Source of the DNA: Vicinamibacteria bacterium
Lineage (GTDB): Bacteria; Acidobacteriota; Vicinamibacteria; Marinacidobacterales; Marinacidobacteraceae
NCBI GenBank assembly: GCA_964291235.2
Contig: OZ219815.1
Span: forward strand, 1,184,001-1,248,000
Direction of reading: 5' to 3'
Length of the DNA: 64,000 bases
The position numbers and the translations under genes were made by a program. Numbering within the stretch: the stretch's first letter is position 1; every line of letters starts with the position of its first letter. Below the pieces are notes generated by a model. The model was not told the DNA's origin, did not search any database, and worked only from the letters and a program-made list of their open reading frames with translations. Shown in pieces: positions 50,456 through 58,655 of the stretch.

Positions 50456-50710
50456 TCAGTCGCGGGGCGAACCCGGGACCGGCTGCGAGCCGTGGGCGGT
50501 GTCGGCGGACGAGCCGCCTTCGCCGGTCGCCCGTGGGCGCTGGGCCAGCCAGGCGGTGAGCTCGTGTTCGGGCCAGCGGACGGCCCGCGGCCCGATCCGG
50601 ATCGGGACGGGGAACAGCCCCTCGCGCATCAGGCGGTAGATGGTCGAGCGGCCGATCTGGCAGTACCGCTCCACCTCGGTGCGGCGAAGTAGGCGCTTGT
50701 GTGTGGTCAT
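50456..50710 (-). CDS. AlpA family transcriptional regulator/excisionase
   Basis: LLRRTEV....IGRSTIYRLM..G.FP.PI.IGPRAVRW...E...W. Confidence 0.92.
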   Translation of the reverse strand: MTTHKRLLRRTEVERYCQIGRSTIYRLMREGLFPVPIRIGPRAVRWPEHELTAWLAQRPRATGEGGSSADTAHGSQPVPGSPRD

Positions 50711-50769
50711 GTCGGGCACCTCCCCTGCGGGAAAGGGCCCGGACGATGCCGGAAAGTGCCGGGCGAGCG

Positions 50770-50800
50770 TTACCAGCCTATCCGGCGGATAGGCTGGTAA
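50770..50800. promoter_or_regulatory. Perfect 31-bp dyad upstream of alpA
   Basis: TTACCAGCCTATCCG-G-CGGATAGGCTGGTAA (15-bp arms, 1-nt centre). Confidence 0.55.
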
Positions 50801-51468
50801 TTGGCGATTCGTTGCCCCGTCGGAGGCCAGCACTCCCAGGGTGCCGGGAGTCGGTCCCGCGCTCTCGCCGACTGGATCGCGTCGATCACGGCGTTCTCGC
50901 TCCTGTCGAGTTCGTCCGCGATGACGTAGTAGCTCGCCATCTTTCCCAGTCCAAGATGGACGAGGACGCGGAACACGTACGCGATCCACAGGTTCCGGGC
51001 GTCTTTCGCGTAGTGTGGTTGCCCCTGATTGCCGGGGACCCGGACCGGCCTGGCCCATGTCCCCCGGCGGACCGCGATGTCCCAGTCCGCGAGCGGGGCG
51101 GGCCACCAGCGACGCTCTTCCTGGATCCGGATCGCGATTTCGTTCAGCGCCGTCCAGTAGTCGAGGTCATGCCGGCTGGCATCGATCATGTTCCGGAGCT
51201 TCTCCGTCTGGCGCGCCGCGCCCCACTCATCCCGCATCGCGAACCAGTTCCGGGCCTCCCGCGGCCCCCGCGGGGGGATGTCCGAAAGGTCCTCCCCGGA
51301 GAGCAGGTACCGCACGACGTAGCGGGCCTCTTCCTCGGCGTCTGCCCTGTCCAGCCTCGTGAAGAGACCTTCGCAGAGCAGGGCGCTGTGCTCCTGCGGC
51401 GCCACTGGTTCTCCGCGGCGCGACTTCCGAATCGCGCGTGTCCATCGAGCCCTTCGTTCTTCGTCCAT
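50770..51468 (-). CDS. Hypothetical protein upstream of alpA (possible C-terminal HTH)
   Basis: ORF from MDEERRARW; the C-terminal region has IADELDRSENAVIDAI. Confidence 0.5.
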   Translation of the reverse strand: MDEERRARWTRAIRKSRRGEPVAPQEHSALLCEGLFTRLDRADAEEEARYVVRYLLSGEDLSDIPPRGPREARNWFAMRDEWGAARQTEKLRNMIDASRHDLDYWTALNEIAIRIQEERRWWPAPLADWDIAVRRGTWARPVRVPGNQGQPHYAKDARNLWIAYVFRVLVHLGLGKMASYYVIADELDRSENAVIDAIQSARARDRLPAPWECWPPTGQRIANYQPIRRIGW

Positions 51469-51680
51469 GGCGCTGCCCGTCCTTTTCCTCCGGCGCCGCT
51501 GCAGGCGAGATTGGAAGAGAGCTTGGCCGTTCAGCCCGTTCGACGCCGCCTCGTCAGTCTGGTCTCGGAGTCGGTAGCGATGCGGCCCAATCTCACGGGA
51601 CCGTTTGTGCCTGACCGCCGAGACACCCACGTTCCGAAACGGTTACACTGGTCCGTACGACGGAGCCGCGAGACCAGCCA

Positions 51681-51992
51681 GTGACCGATGCGCGACTGAA
51701 CCAGGTTCGGGAGATAGTAGCCGAGGTTCTCGTTAAGATTTTTGGTGGTACAGCGCGTTTTGGGCCGATCTATATGGGCTCCGATGTTGACCACGACGGT
51801 TTCGAGTACGTGACAGCCCATGTCATCTACGAGTCTGCGAACGAGTCGCTCGATGCGCACAAGGTGTTGGATGTCATCGAACCCCTGAGGAATCGCGTGC
51901 AGGAGCTCGACGCAAAGGTCATACCCGTCTTGTCGTACATCGCCAAGTCCGAGGAAAGAGATTGGCGGGGTGATAGCTCGCAATCTGATTGA
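51681..51992 (+). CDS. Small protein, possible MNT-like antitoxin
   Basis: Acidic DVDHDG strand; overlaps the downstream HEPN-like gene. Confidence 0.5.
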   Translation: MTDARLNQVREIVAEVLVKIFGGTARFGPIYMGSDVDHDGFEYVTAHVIYESANESLDAHKVLDVIEPLRNRVQELDAKVIPVLSYIAKSEERDWRGDSSQSD

Positions 51993-52437
51993 GACTGCCC
52001 GTTCCCTCATATCAGTTGGTCCGGGGCGGCCGCGGCAGACCGATCTTCGGCGCGCCGTAAGCACGACATACTACGCTGTGTTCCACCGCCTGATGCAGTG
52101 TTGTGCGGATCGGCTGGTCGGAACCGGTCCCGCGCAACAGACTACTCCGTGGAACCGCGTATACCGAGCGTTGAATCACGCTCAATGTACAAAGGTGTGC
52201 AGGTCCGCAGAAACGCACGCACTCTCCCCATTAGTTCGCAAACTGACGAATCTGGTGCCGGACCTTAAGGGACGCCGTCATGCTGCGGATTACGATCCCA
52301 CGGCGCGTTTTACAAAATCAGGCGTGCTACGGGACATAGAGGCCACAGAAGTCGCCCTGGATTCCTTCGATGGCGCGCCGAGCGACGATCAACGGGCGCT
52401 GGCAGTTCTTCTGCTGTTCCGCGAGCGACCGGACTGA
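51970..52437 (+). CDS. HEPN-domain protein
   Basis: LRRAVST.YYA.FH and RHAADY motifs. Confidence 0.7.
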   Translation: MIARNLIETARSLISVGPGRPRQTDLRRAVSTTYYAVFHRLMQCCADRLVGTGPAQQTTPWNRVYRALNHAQCTKVCRSAETHALSPLVRKLTNLVPDLKGRRHAADYDPTARFTKSGVLRDIEATEVALDSFDGAPSDDQRALAVLLLFRERPD

Positions 52438-52853
52438 TTGCGCCGCTCCCCTGAGTGAGTAGCACTCGGCAGAGCAGATTCGACGAGATGCGTAGTGGAG
52501 CTGCCCCTGCGGGGTGGATCGCTCTCGACGCGCGCTGGAAAGGTCCGATTCTTCCCGTGGCACGCAGCGGTGCGCCGCGCCCGCCACAGAAGAAGACCCC
52601 ATCGCTTCGATGACGGCGACGGAGGACGACGCCCGAAGAATGATAGAATTGCATGAATTCCGCGGACGTTGTGGATGCCGCAGTTGGGCACGCTCAAGTT
52701 GTGCACGATGCGCGATGTCGCACGGTTCCGGACATGCGTTCCGCCGGAATCGGGCAAGTTCGAGCAGAAGAGCACCGTGAGGCCGCGAACGGGCTGCAGG
52801 ATGACTTCTCGCGAAGGGCCAGTAAACACCATTCAAAAGGACAGGGGGATCTC

Positions 52854-53126
52854 ATGAGCCAACAAAACGAACTAGAGCGGCCGGATGACAAGACGTTCCT
52901 GATCACGATCAATGGACGGCAAAAGAAGGTCGAGCGCGATGAACTTTCGTTCGACGAACTGGTGGATCTCGCTTTTGATGACCCCGCTAGAGGTCCGCAG
53001 ATCGTGTTCACCATAACGTTCCGGGAGGCAGGTGGACGAATACCTGAGGGAGAACTAGACGAAGGGCAAAGACTGAAGGTACGGAACGGAACGATCATCA
53101 ATGTCACGCGAACTGATCAGTCGTAG
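52854..53126 (+). CDS. Ubiquitin-like (Multi_ubiq-type beta-grasp) protein
   Basis: ITINGR.K......LSF.ELV.LAF.....FTITF......G.L..G..LKV.NG.IINV..TDQS; purine-rich RBS upstream. Confidence 0.8.
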   Translation: MSQQNELERPDDKTFLITINGRQKKVERDELSFDELVDLAFDDPARGPQIVFTITFREAGGRIPEGELDEGQRLKVRNGTIINVTRTDQS

Positions 53127-54291
53127 CGAGGATCTGAAGCGCCTCGTCGAAGAAGGTTACGAGATAGAAGTCCGCTCCGGGCATTTGCTTCTGCATCGGC
53201 TTCCGTACGTGACAAGCGAGCGGACAGTAAAATACGGTCAGCTCGTCTGTCCTCTTGCAGTCGACGTATCAGGAACGAGTCCACCGCCGGACCACACGAT
53301 CTACTTTGCGGGTGAGTACCCCTGCGACGACCGAGGTACGCCTATCGAGGCTCTGCGGAACAGCAGTCAGCGCCAAGAGCTTGCGGAGGGCTTATGGGTT
53401 GACCACTACTTTTCGGCAAGACCTGTGACGGGAAAGTACGAGGACTACCATCACAAGCTGACGCACTACGCACAAGTGATTGGACGATGTGCAAGGCGGT
53501 TAGATCCCGCGGCGGTGGCCCGTGCAGGGCAGTTAGAGTTGTCGGTTGATCCAAACGATCCGTTTGTTTTCATGGAAACCGCATCGAGTCGCGCTGGCAT
53601 AACCCGGCTCAATGAGAGTCTCTCGAGAGACAGGATCGGCATAATCGGGCTCGGAGGGACCGGGTCGTACATACTGGACTACATTAGCAAGACGCGCGTT
53701 GCCGAGATCCATCTGTTCGACGGCGATCGGTTTGAGCAGCATAACGCGTTTCGCGCGCCCGGTCCGACGACAACAGAGGAACTCAAGGAGAGCCGGACAA
53801 AGGTTCAACTGTACAGTGAGCGATATGGGAAGATGCGGGGAGGCATCGTCGCTCACGCGCTCCACGTGACGGCGGACCACATGAGTGTGCTTGAGGGCCT
53901 CGATTTCGTGTTCGTGGCGATCGACAGCAATAGAACCAGACAATGGCTGCTGCCAGGGCTGGACGGGATTGGAGTACCATTCGTCGACGTGGGAATGGGA
54001 ATAGAAAAGACCGGCGACGAGTTGTTAGGAGTCCTGAGAACAAGCTTCTGTGAGACGCCGAGAAGCGCCGCGGAACAACGTGGTGAGGGTGGATTACGAG
54101 ACGTTGGGGAGTACGAGAGGAATGTTCAGATCGTTGAGTTGAACGCGCTTAACGCGGCGCTTGCGGTTATCCGGTGGAAGAAGTACCGAGGGTTCTACAT
54201 GGACCTCGGCAAAGAGGACAGGAGCACCTACACCATTGACGGAAATCACATGAGCAACCGAGTGCTGCGGGACGTAGACGCTAGCCAATGA
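53101..54291 (+). CDS. E2-like (DUF6791-like) plus E1/ThiF adenylyltransferase fusion
   Basis: N-domain DLKRL..EGY.IE...LPYV...PDH..YF.GEYPC; ThiF motifs IIGLGGTGS, DGD.FE.HN.FR and FVAID. Confidence 0.85.
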   Translation: MSRELISRSEDLKRLVEEGYEIEVRSGHLLLHRLPYVTSERTVKYGQLVCPLAVDVSGTSPPPDHTIYFAGEYPCDDRGTPIEALRNSSQRQELAEGLWVDHYFSARPVTGKYEDYHHKLTHYAQVIGRCARRLDPAAVARAGQLELSVDPNDPFVFMETASSRAGITRLNESLSRDRIGIIGLGGTGSYILDYISKTRVAEIHLFDGDRFEQHNAFRAPGPTTTEELKESRTKVQLYSERYGKMRGGIVAHALHVTADHMSVLEGLDFVFVAIDSNRTRQWLLPGLDGIGVPFVDVGMGIEKTGDELLGVLRTSFCETPRSAAEQRGEGGLRDVGEYERNVQIVELNALNAALAVIRWKKYRGFYMDLGKEDRSTYTIDGNHMSNRVLRDVDASQ

Positions 54292-54719
54292 GATTGCGCA
54301 ACGAATTCGTGGATCACGTACCGGAAGAATTGTGTGACGGCGTTCTGTACGTCTCGATGCGTTTCGGCACGGTGGTCCACCGCTGCGCGTGTGGGTGCGG
54401 CGAGGAGGTGGTGACTCCTCTTGGCCCCGCCGAGTGGCGGCTCGCCTACGACGGGAGAACAGTCTCGTTGGACCCGTCCATCGGGAATTGGAGTTTCGCG
54501 TGCAGATCACACTATTGGATCGAGAAAGGCGTTGTCCGGTGGGCACGAGGTTTCTCGCGAGCAGAAGTCGCGCGCGTGCGCAAGAAGGCCTGGACCAGAC
54601 GCAGCGGCTACTACCAACAGCAAAGAGCCGAACCGCACCCAAGAGATGCCCAGAGCGGCTCACTCAGATTGATCTGGGAGAGAATTCGGTCTGTACTTCG
54701 AGCCTGGAAGCGGGACTGA
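54288..54719 (+). CDS. DUF6527-like Cys/His-rich protein
   Basis: G.LYVS, HRCACGCG..VVTPL, SL.PSIGNW and CRSHYWI; ATGA overlap with the ThiF gene. Confidence 0.8.
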   Translation: MRLRNEFVDHVPEELCDGVLYVSMRFGTVVHRCACGCGEEVVTPLGPAEWRLAYDGRTVSLDPSIGNWSFACRSHYWIEKGVVRWARGFSRAEVARVRKKAWTRRSGYYQQQRAEPHPRDAQSGSLRLIWERIRSVLRAWKRD

Positions 54720-54808
54720 GAGTAGACGGTCCGAGGATCGCACGACGCGGCTACGCATAGTGGGTGACCGAGTGAGCCATGGTAGAGATGGAGGGTGGAA
54801 CGAGAACC

Positions 54809-55276
54809 ATGCTTGAGGAGTGCATTGAGGAGGCGCGGAGAGTTCTTACCGAGCACAATGAGTACCTTCGCGGGAATGAAACAGCGACGAGGGCGCTGGT
54901 TATCGACCCCGTGTTGACCGCCCTCGATTGGGACATCAAAGACCCTGCGCGAGTTCGGTTGGAGCATCGTGCAAACGGGAACAAGGTCGACTACGTTCTC
55001 GTGTCGTCAGAAGGTGAGTTGTTTGCGGTTGTGGAGGCCAAGCCTGCGGACTCGGGGCCGAAGGAAACAGACCGCAGGCAGGCGTCCGGATACGCAACGG
55101 AGATCGGAGCCAGGTACGCTGTACTAACCAACGGCGGCCGATGGGAAGCGTGGGAGATGGTGCAGCAGAAACCGAGAAGGGAGAGCGTATTTGTTGAGGT
55201 GCACATCACGACCGGGGAAATCGGGGCGATCGCATCGGTCTTAGGGAAGCTGCGTCGGGATGCACTTGAGGAATAG
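54809..55276 (+). CDS. Stand-alone HsdR N-terminal-like PD-(D/E)XK nuclease domain
   Basis: NE..TR..VIDP.L..L.W, VDYVL, VEAK, Q..GY and LTNG..W. Confidence 0.75.
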   Translation: MLEECIEEARRVLTEHNEYLRGNETATRALVIDPVLTALDWDIKDPARVRLEHRANGNKVDYVLVSSEGELFAVVEAKPADSGPKETDRRQASGYATEIGARYAVLTNGGRWEAWEMVQQKPRRESVFVEVHITTGEIGAIASVLGKLRRDALEE

Positions 55277-55564
55277 GTGGTGACCCGAGGCCGAAGCGGC
55301 AAGGTGGATGAGTGTCTGTGATGTTTCCGCGGAGACAGCGGAGACCGTCCTCGTGGGGGCAAATGTTGGGTCGGGTTCGATTCCATTTCACGGTAGTTCC
55401 CTACTATCATAGAGTTATAGGTGTCGTTCGAGAGACGAGGCCGACACGTTGGACGCCGTCGAACACGGCTTGGAATCGGCGGCCCAGAACAGCGCCTGCT
55501 CTACGATGTTCTCCCAAGTGTCGAACACGGTCATCCCAATGCCGAGTCTGTTCGACCACTGCGC

Positions 55565-55800
55565 GGGCAGCTGTCGCTGACGCCGAGCGTCGAGGTGGGT
55601 CTGCGGCGGGACGGCGGGGACGTGGAGACGGGCGCAGGGTTAGATCTGGGCGGCGGCTTGGCGCTCACTGATGCGGTGATGGGGCTGTCGCTGGACGTGC
55701 GGGTGCGGGCGCTGGTGGCCCAGCAGGCGGAGGGGCTCACCCGAGCGGGGCGGCTCGGTGTCGTTCGGCGGGGACCGGACGCCGTCGGGTCCGCTAGGCC
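55565..55800 (+). pseudogene. Fragment of an autotransporter-type beta-barrel gene
   Basis: LTPSVEVGLRRDGGDVETGAGLDLGGG resembles the barrel of 25931-30898 (RRDGGDGLTG.G); no proper start or end. Confidence 0.6.
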
Positions 55801-55835
55801 TGAGCGCGCGGCCTTGAGTCGGCGAAACTGCGCCA

Positions 55836-56852
55836 CTAGATCTTGAACGTCACCGACTGTGGCCGGTGATCACTGGGCAAGTGCTGTCTTGACCGCGTGG
55901 GTTTGCTCGAATCAATCTGGCTGTCGAACACGGCGTGTTCAATCCTGCCCCGAGCATTCCGTTGGCACTTGTCGTCCCAAAAGAGGCCTGCGGAAACAAG
56001 AATGTGATCCAGCAAGACCTTCCGACCCTTTACGTTGTCAACAAAGTCGTCGAAGACTGCGGTGAAGTTTCGCGCACCCTGTTCCAAGTCCACAAAAGCA
56101 TGTCGCAGCATGAACCGTGGGCGAAAAGGGCTGCCAGCGATGATTCCGGCCACATCGTGTGTCAGGTAGCGGCGCTCAAAATAGTCGAGTCCTGGACCAT
56201 CGTTGAAGTCTCCTGTTACGACAATTCGCGCTGCATTGTCCTCTTCAAGGCACAGATCAAGGTATTCGCGTATACGCATTGCCTCCGCTGAAATCCGACG
56301 CCGTGCCCGCAGGGCCGCTTCAATGAATTGCGGACGGCGGACGGGATCGTTCCACAAAGCGCGTTGTCCATGTACGTACTTGGATTTGGTGTGTATCGAA
56401 ATGAGGCGAAACGTCTTGCCCGAGTTCGTTTTGATCTCCACGACCAGCGGTGGCCGTGTAAACCGATACGCATCGAGCTGCATGTCGGCATCGATGTCCG
56501 CGTCCCAAACGTCATCGAAATCGAACCCTCGGTCTTCGTCGAGGCGGCACATGCGCTGCACCGAACCCTTCTTGAACAGGGCATAGATTTTCTGTTGACC
56601 CTTCCCAGCCGGACCTGCAACGTCATAGCTGCCCTCTAGGCACTTCTCTACGAACAACTCCATTTCACTCCGTCGACTGGGCCCTTCCTGTATGGTCAAG
56701 ACATCAGCCTTGAGCGCATCGATGACATTGGCAACCCGACACGCAAGACCTTCCATGCCGTCTCTCAGTCTTGGCGCTTCTGTGTCAGCCGAGAACCAGC
56801 GGTTCATCCACTCGATGTTCCAGTTGGCAATCTTCAAGGTACTCGTGGACAT
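55836..56852 (-). CDS. Endonuclease/exonuclease/phosphatase family protein
   Basis: WNIEW, IQE, H.KS, GDFND, LDHIL and PSDH.P; GGAGG RBS. Confidence 0.88.
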   Translation of the reverse strand: MSTSTLKIANWNIEWMNRWFSADTEAPRLRDGMEGLACRVANVIDALKADVLTIQEGPSRRSEMELFVEKCLEGSYDVAGPAGKGQQKIYALFKKGSVQRMCRLDEDRGFDFDDVWDADIDADMQLDAYRFTRPPLVVEIKTNSGKTFRLISIHTKSKYVHGQRALWNDPVRRPQFIEAALRARRRISAEAMRIREYLDLCLEEDNAARIVVTGDFNDGPGLDYFERRYLTHDVAGIIAGSPFRPRFMLRHAFVDLEQGARNFTAVFDDFVDNVKGRKVLLDHILVSAGLFWDDKCQRNARGRIEHAVFDSQIDSSKPTRSRQHLPSDHRPQSVTFKI

Positions 56853-56969
56853 CTTGTGCCTCCTCCAAGCTATGACGGGGCGCCCCTTCATGAGCGCGCC
56901 TACATAGTAGTTGTTCGGTTTCGACGAAGCCGTCGCCCGGCGCGCCGCTCCCGAGCCACGGCTCAATGA

Positions 56970-57150
56970 AGCACCGCTAGGCCAGCTCCCGGTAATCCCT
57001 CGCGGAGTTTCCGCGTCAGCTTCCCAGGCGCGGAATGCCCACCGGAACCCGTGAACCGTCGTGCGGTCGGCTGGCTCTCGGTCATAAGAGCGCGTATGTG
57101 ACAAATCTGACAGTGGAGGCCCGCCCGGAGCGGGGACGGGAAGACCGGGC
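56970..57150 (-). pseudogene. Decayed P4-like integrase C-terminal fragment
   Basis: VFPSP..., LSD and ADRTTVHGFRWAFRAW...TPR across frameshifts, against VFPG...LSD...ADRATVHGFRSSFRDW...APR in the intact integrase. Confidence 0.7.
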
Positions 57151-57297
57151 CTCCCATCGTCCTAGGCCCGCACTACGACCGCACCGTGTACGCGCCGACG
57201 ATCCCGCCGCCGCAGCGTGCCGTGATACGCCCACAGCCGGTGTTCGATCTCAGGTAAGTGGGGCGGCTATAGTCGGTTTCTCGGAGGTAGCGTGGCG

Positions 57298-57558
57298 ATG
57301 CCAGAAGAGCCTGCGCAGGCGGAAGAGCCCGCGAGGATGGTCGGGTTCACTCCGGCGCAGTTGATCGGCGGTGTGCTCACGCTGGTCTTGGGGTTGGCTG
57401 GCGTGGGGTGGAGCCTCTACCGCGATGTGGACAAGCGAGTCGACAAACTCGCAACAGACCTTGCGGTTATGCAGGCGCTGGCAGCTGTGAAAAGTGAAAC
57501 AAAGTCCGTTGGCGATCCTGTATCGGAGTTCCTCAGTTCCCTGAAAACAGAGCCGTAG
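57298..57558 (+). CDS. Small single-TM hypothetical protein
   Basis: GGAGG RBS, one TM helix followed by a coiled coil. Confidence 0.5.
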   Translation: MPEEPAQAEEPARMVGFTPAQLIGGVLTLVLGLAGVGWSLYRDVDKRVDKLATDLAVMQALAAVKSETKSVGDPVSEFLSSLKTEP

Positions 57559-57559
57559 C

Positions 57560-58207
57560 ATGAGAAGGCTTCTAGTGTTAGCGGGTACCCTGCTCGCGGG
57601 GATAGCAGCGAGTGGACAGCAGGCTCGCGCTCCGATGGGCACCGGTCCGTGGAACCCTCCGCAGGAGGGGAAGCTGGCAGCCGGAGAGAGCACGACATTC
57701 CCTGTGCGAATCCAGGAAGGGGTCGATTACATCATCCACGGGCTTTGTGACGAGGACTGCAACCTCATGGTGCGTGATCCTCTGGGCGAGACGCTCGACG
57801 AGGACGCCGCGATGGACCCAGTGCCGGTGCTGCTTTTGACGGCTGCGGTAACCGGGCTCGTGAACGTGGAGGTCTCCTGTCCGGTTGATGCGTGCGAGTG
57901 GAGCGTCCGGACGGAGGAAAAGAGGACAGGGAGCCTCGACCAGCGCGGTCGGGTAAGTATTCCACTCGTTCTCCAAAACGGCATGCGGTACCGGGTAAGC
58001 GGAACATGCGATTCGGACTGTGATGATCTGGACCTGCTACTCCGCAGTCCAAGCGGAAAGATAGTGGCGGAGGACACGTTGCCGGACAACTACCCTGTCC
58101 TGCTGATCGAGCCGGATCAGGGTGGGGAGTTCGCGCTGGTCGTTGAAATGGTCGAGTGCTCGGTCGAGCCATGCTATTGGCAGGTAATGGCGTCCCCGGA
58201 GAGCTAA
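57560..58207 (+). CDS. Secreted protein with two Cys-containing PPC-like beta-sandwich repeats
   Basis: Signal peptide; duplicated G.CD.DC..L...P.G.....D....P.L...C...C unit. Confidence 0.65.
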   Translation: MRRLLVLAGTLLAGIAASGQQARAPMGTGPWNPPQEGKLAAGESTTFPVRIQEGVDYIIHGLCDEDCNLMVRDPLGETLDEDAAMDPVPVLLLTAAVTGLVNVEVSCPVDACEWSVRTEEKRTGSLDQRGRVSIPLVLQNGMRYRVSGTCDSDCDDLDLLLRSPSGKIVAEDTLPDNYPVLLIEPDQGGEFALVVEMVECSVEPCYWQVMASPES

Positions 58208-58451
58208 ACGGCCACCGTCGTCGGGCAGTACCCGTCGCAGTTCAGTCTCGCCATACGGGAACTCGTGACCGCTGCAGCAGCGCGAGCAGGTAGCCCGCCA
58301 AGAAAAAGAGCATCCGCATGGCTGGGAAACCCGGACAACAGCATGAACGGTGCCGCCCCTCGGAATTCGTGGGGCGGCTGGTGGGATGGTCCGAGCGACG
58401 ATGCCGTATAAATGTCCTATTGTTCTGGGTTTAGAGAGTCTATTCGACAGA

Positions 58452-58463
58452 CACCCTCTCCGC
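58452..58463 (+). repeat. attR core (CACCCTCTCCGC)
   Basis: Matches the tRNA-Ser 3' end; TTCGA lies upstream at the same spacing (17/21 identity over 58443-58463). Confidence 0.7.
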
Positions 58464-58655
58464 CGGTTGGGGCTGGTGCGCCCGGGCGTCTTCCGGTGCC
58501 GGGCCGGGCGGTGTCCCCACCGGTCGCCGAGCACTCTCGTGTCACTTTGATGATCGGATGGAGAAACTGACAAGAAGCAAGAGCCCCCGCCGCGATCGAG
58601 TCGGCGGTGCTCCCAACTTCTGTCATCTGAAATGAGCCGACGCGGGTGAAGAGTG

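Larger units (their letters stand above)
22099..58463. mobile_element. Integrative (probably conjugative) element inserted at the tRNA-Ser 3' end
   Basis: Integrase next to the tRNA; att core direct repeat at 22099-22110 and 58452-58463; T4SS, ArdC, primase and AlpA genes inside. Confidence 0.85.

Noticed and set aside
52440-52853. Possible N-terminal extension of the Ubl (ORF from 52653) or an upstream regulator gene
   Set aside because: The extension has no recognisable domain, a good RBS precedes ATG 52854, and no HTH or metallopeptidase motifs were seen.
56853-57104. Apparent N-terminal extension of the EEP protein (integrase-EEP fusion)
   Set aside because: It is an in-frame piece of a decayed integrase; the RBS and family N-terminus support a start at 56852.
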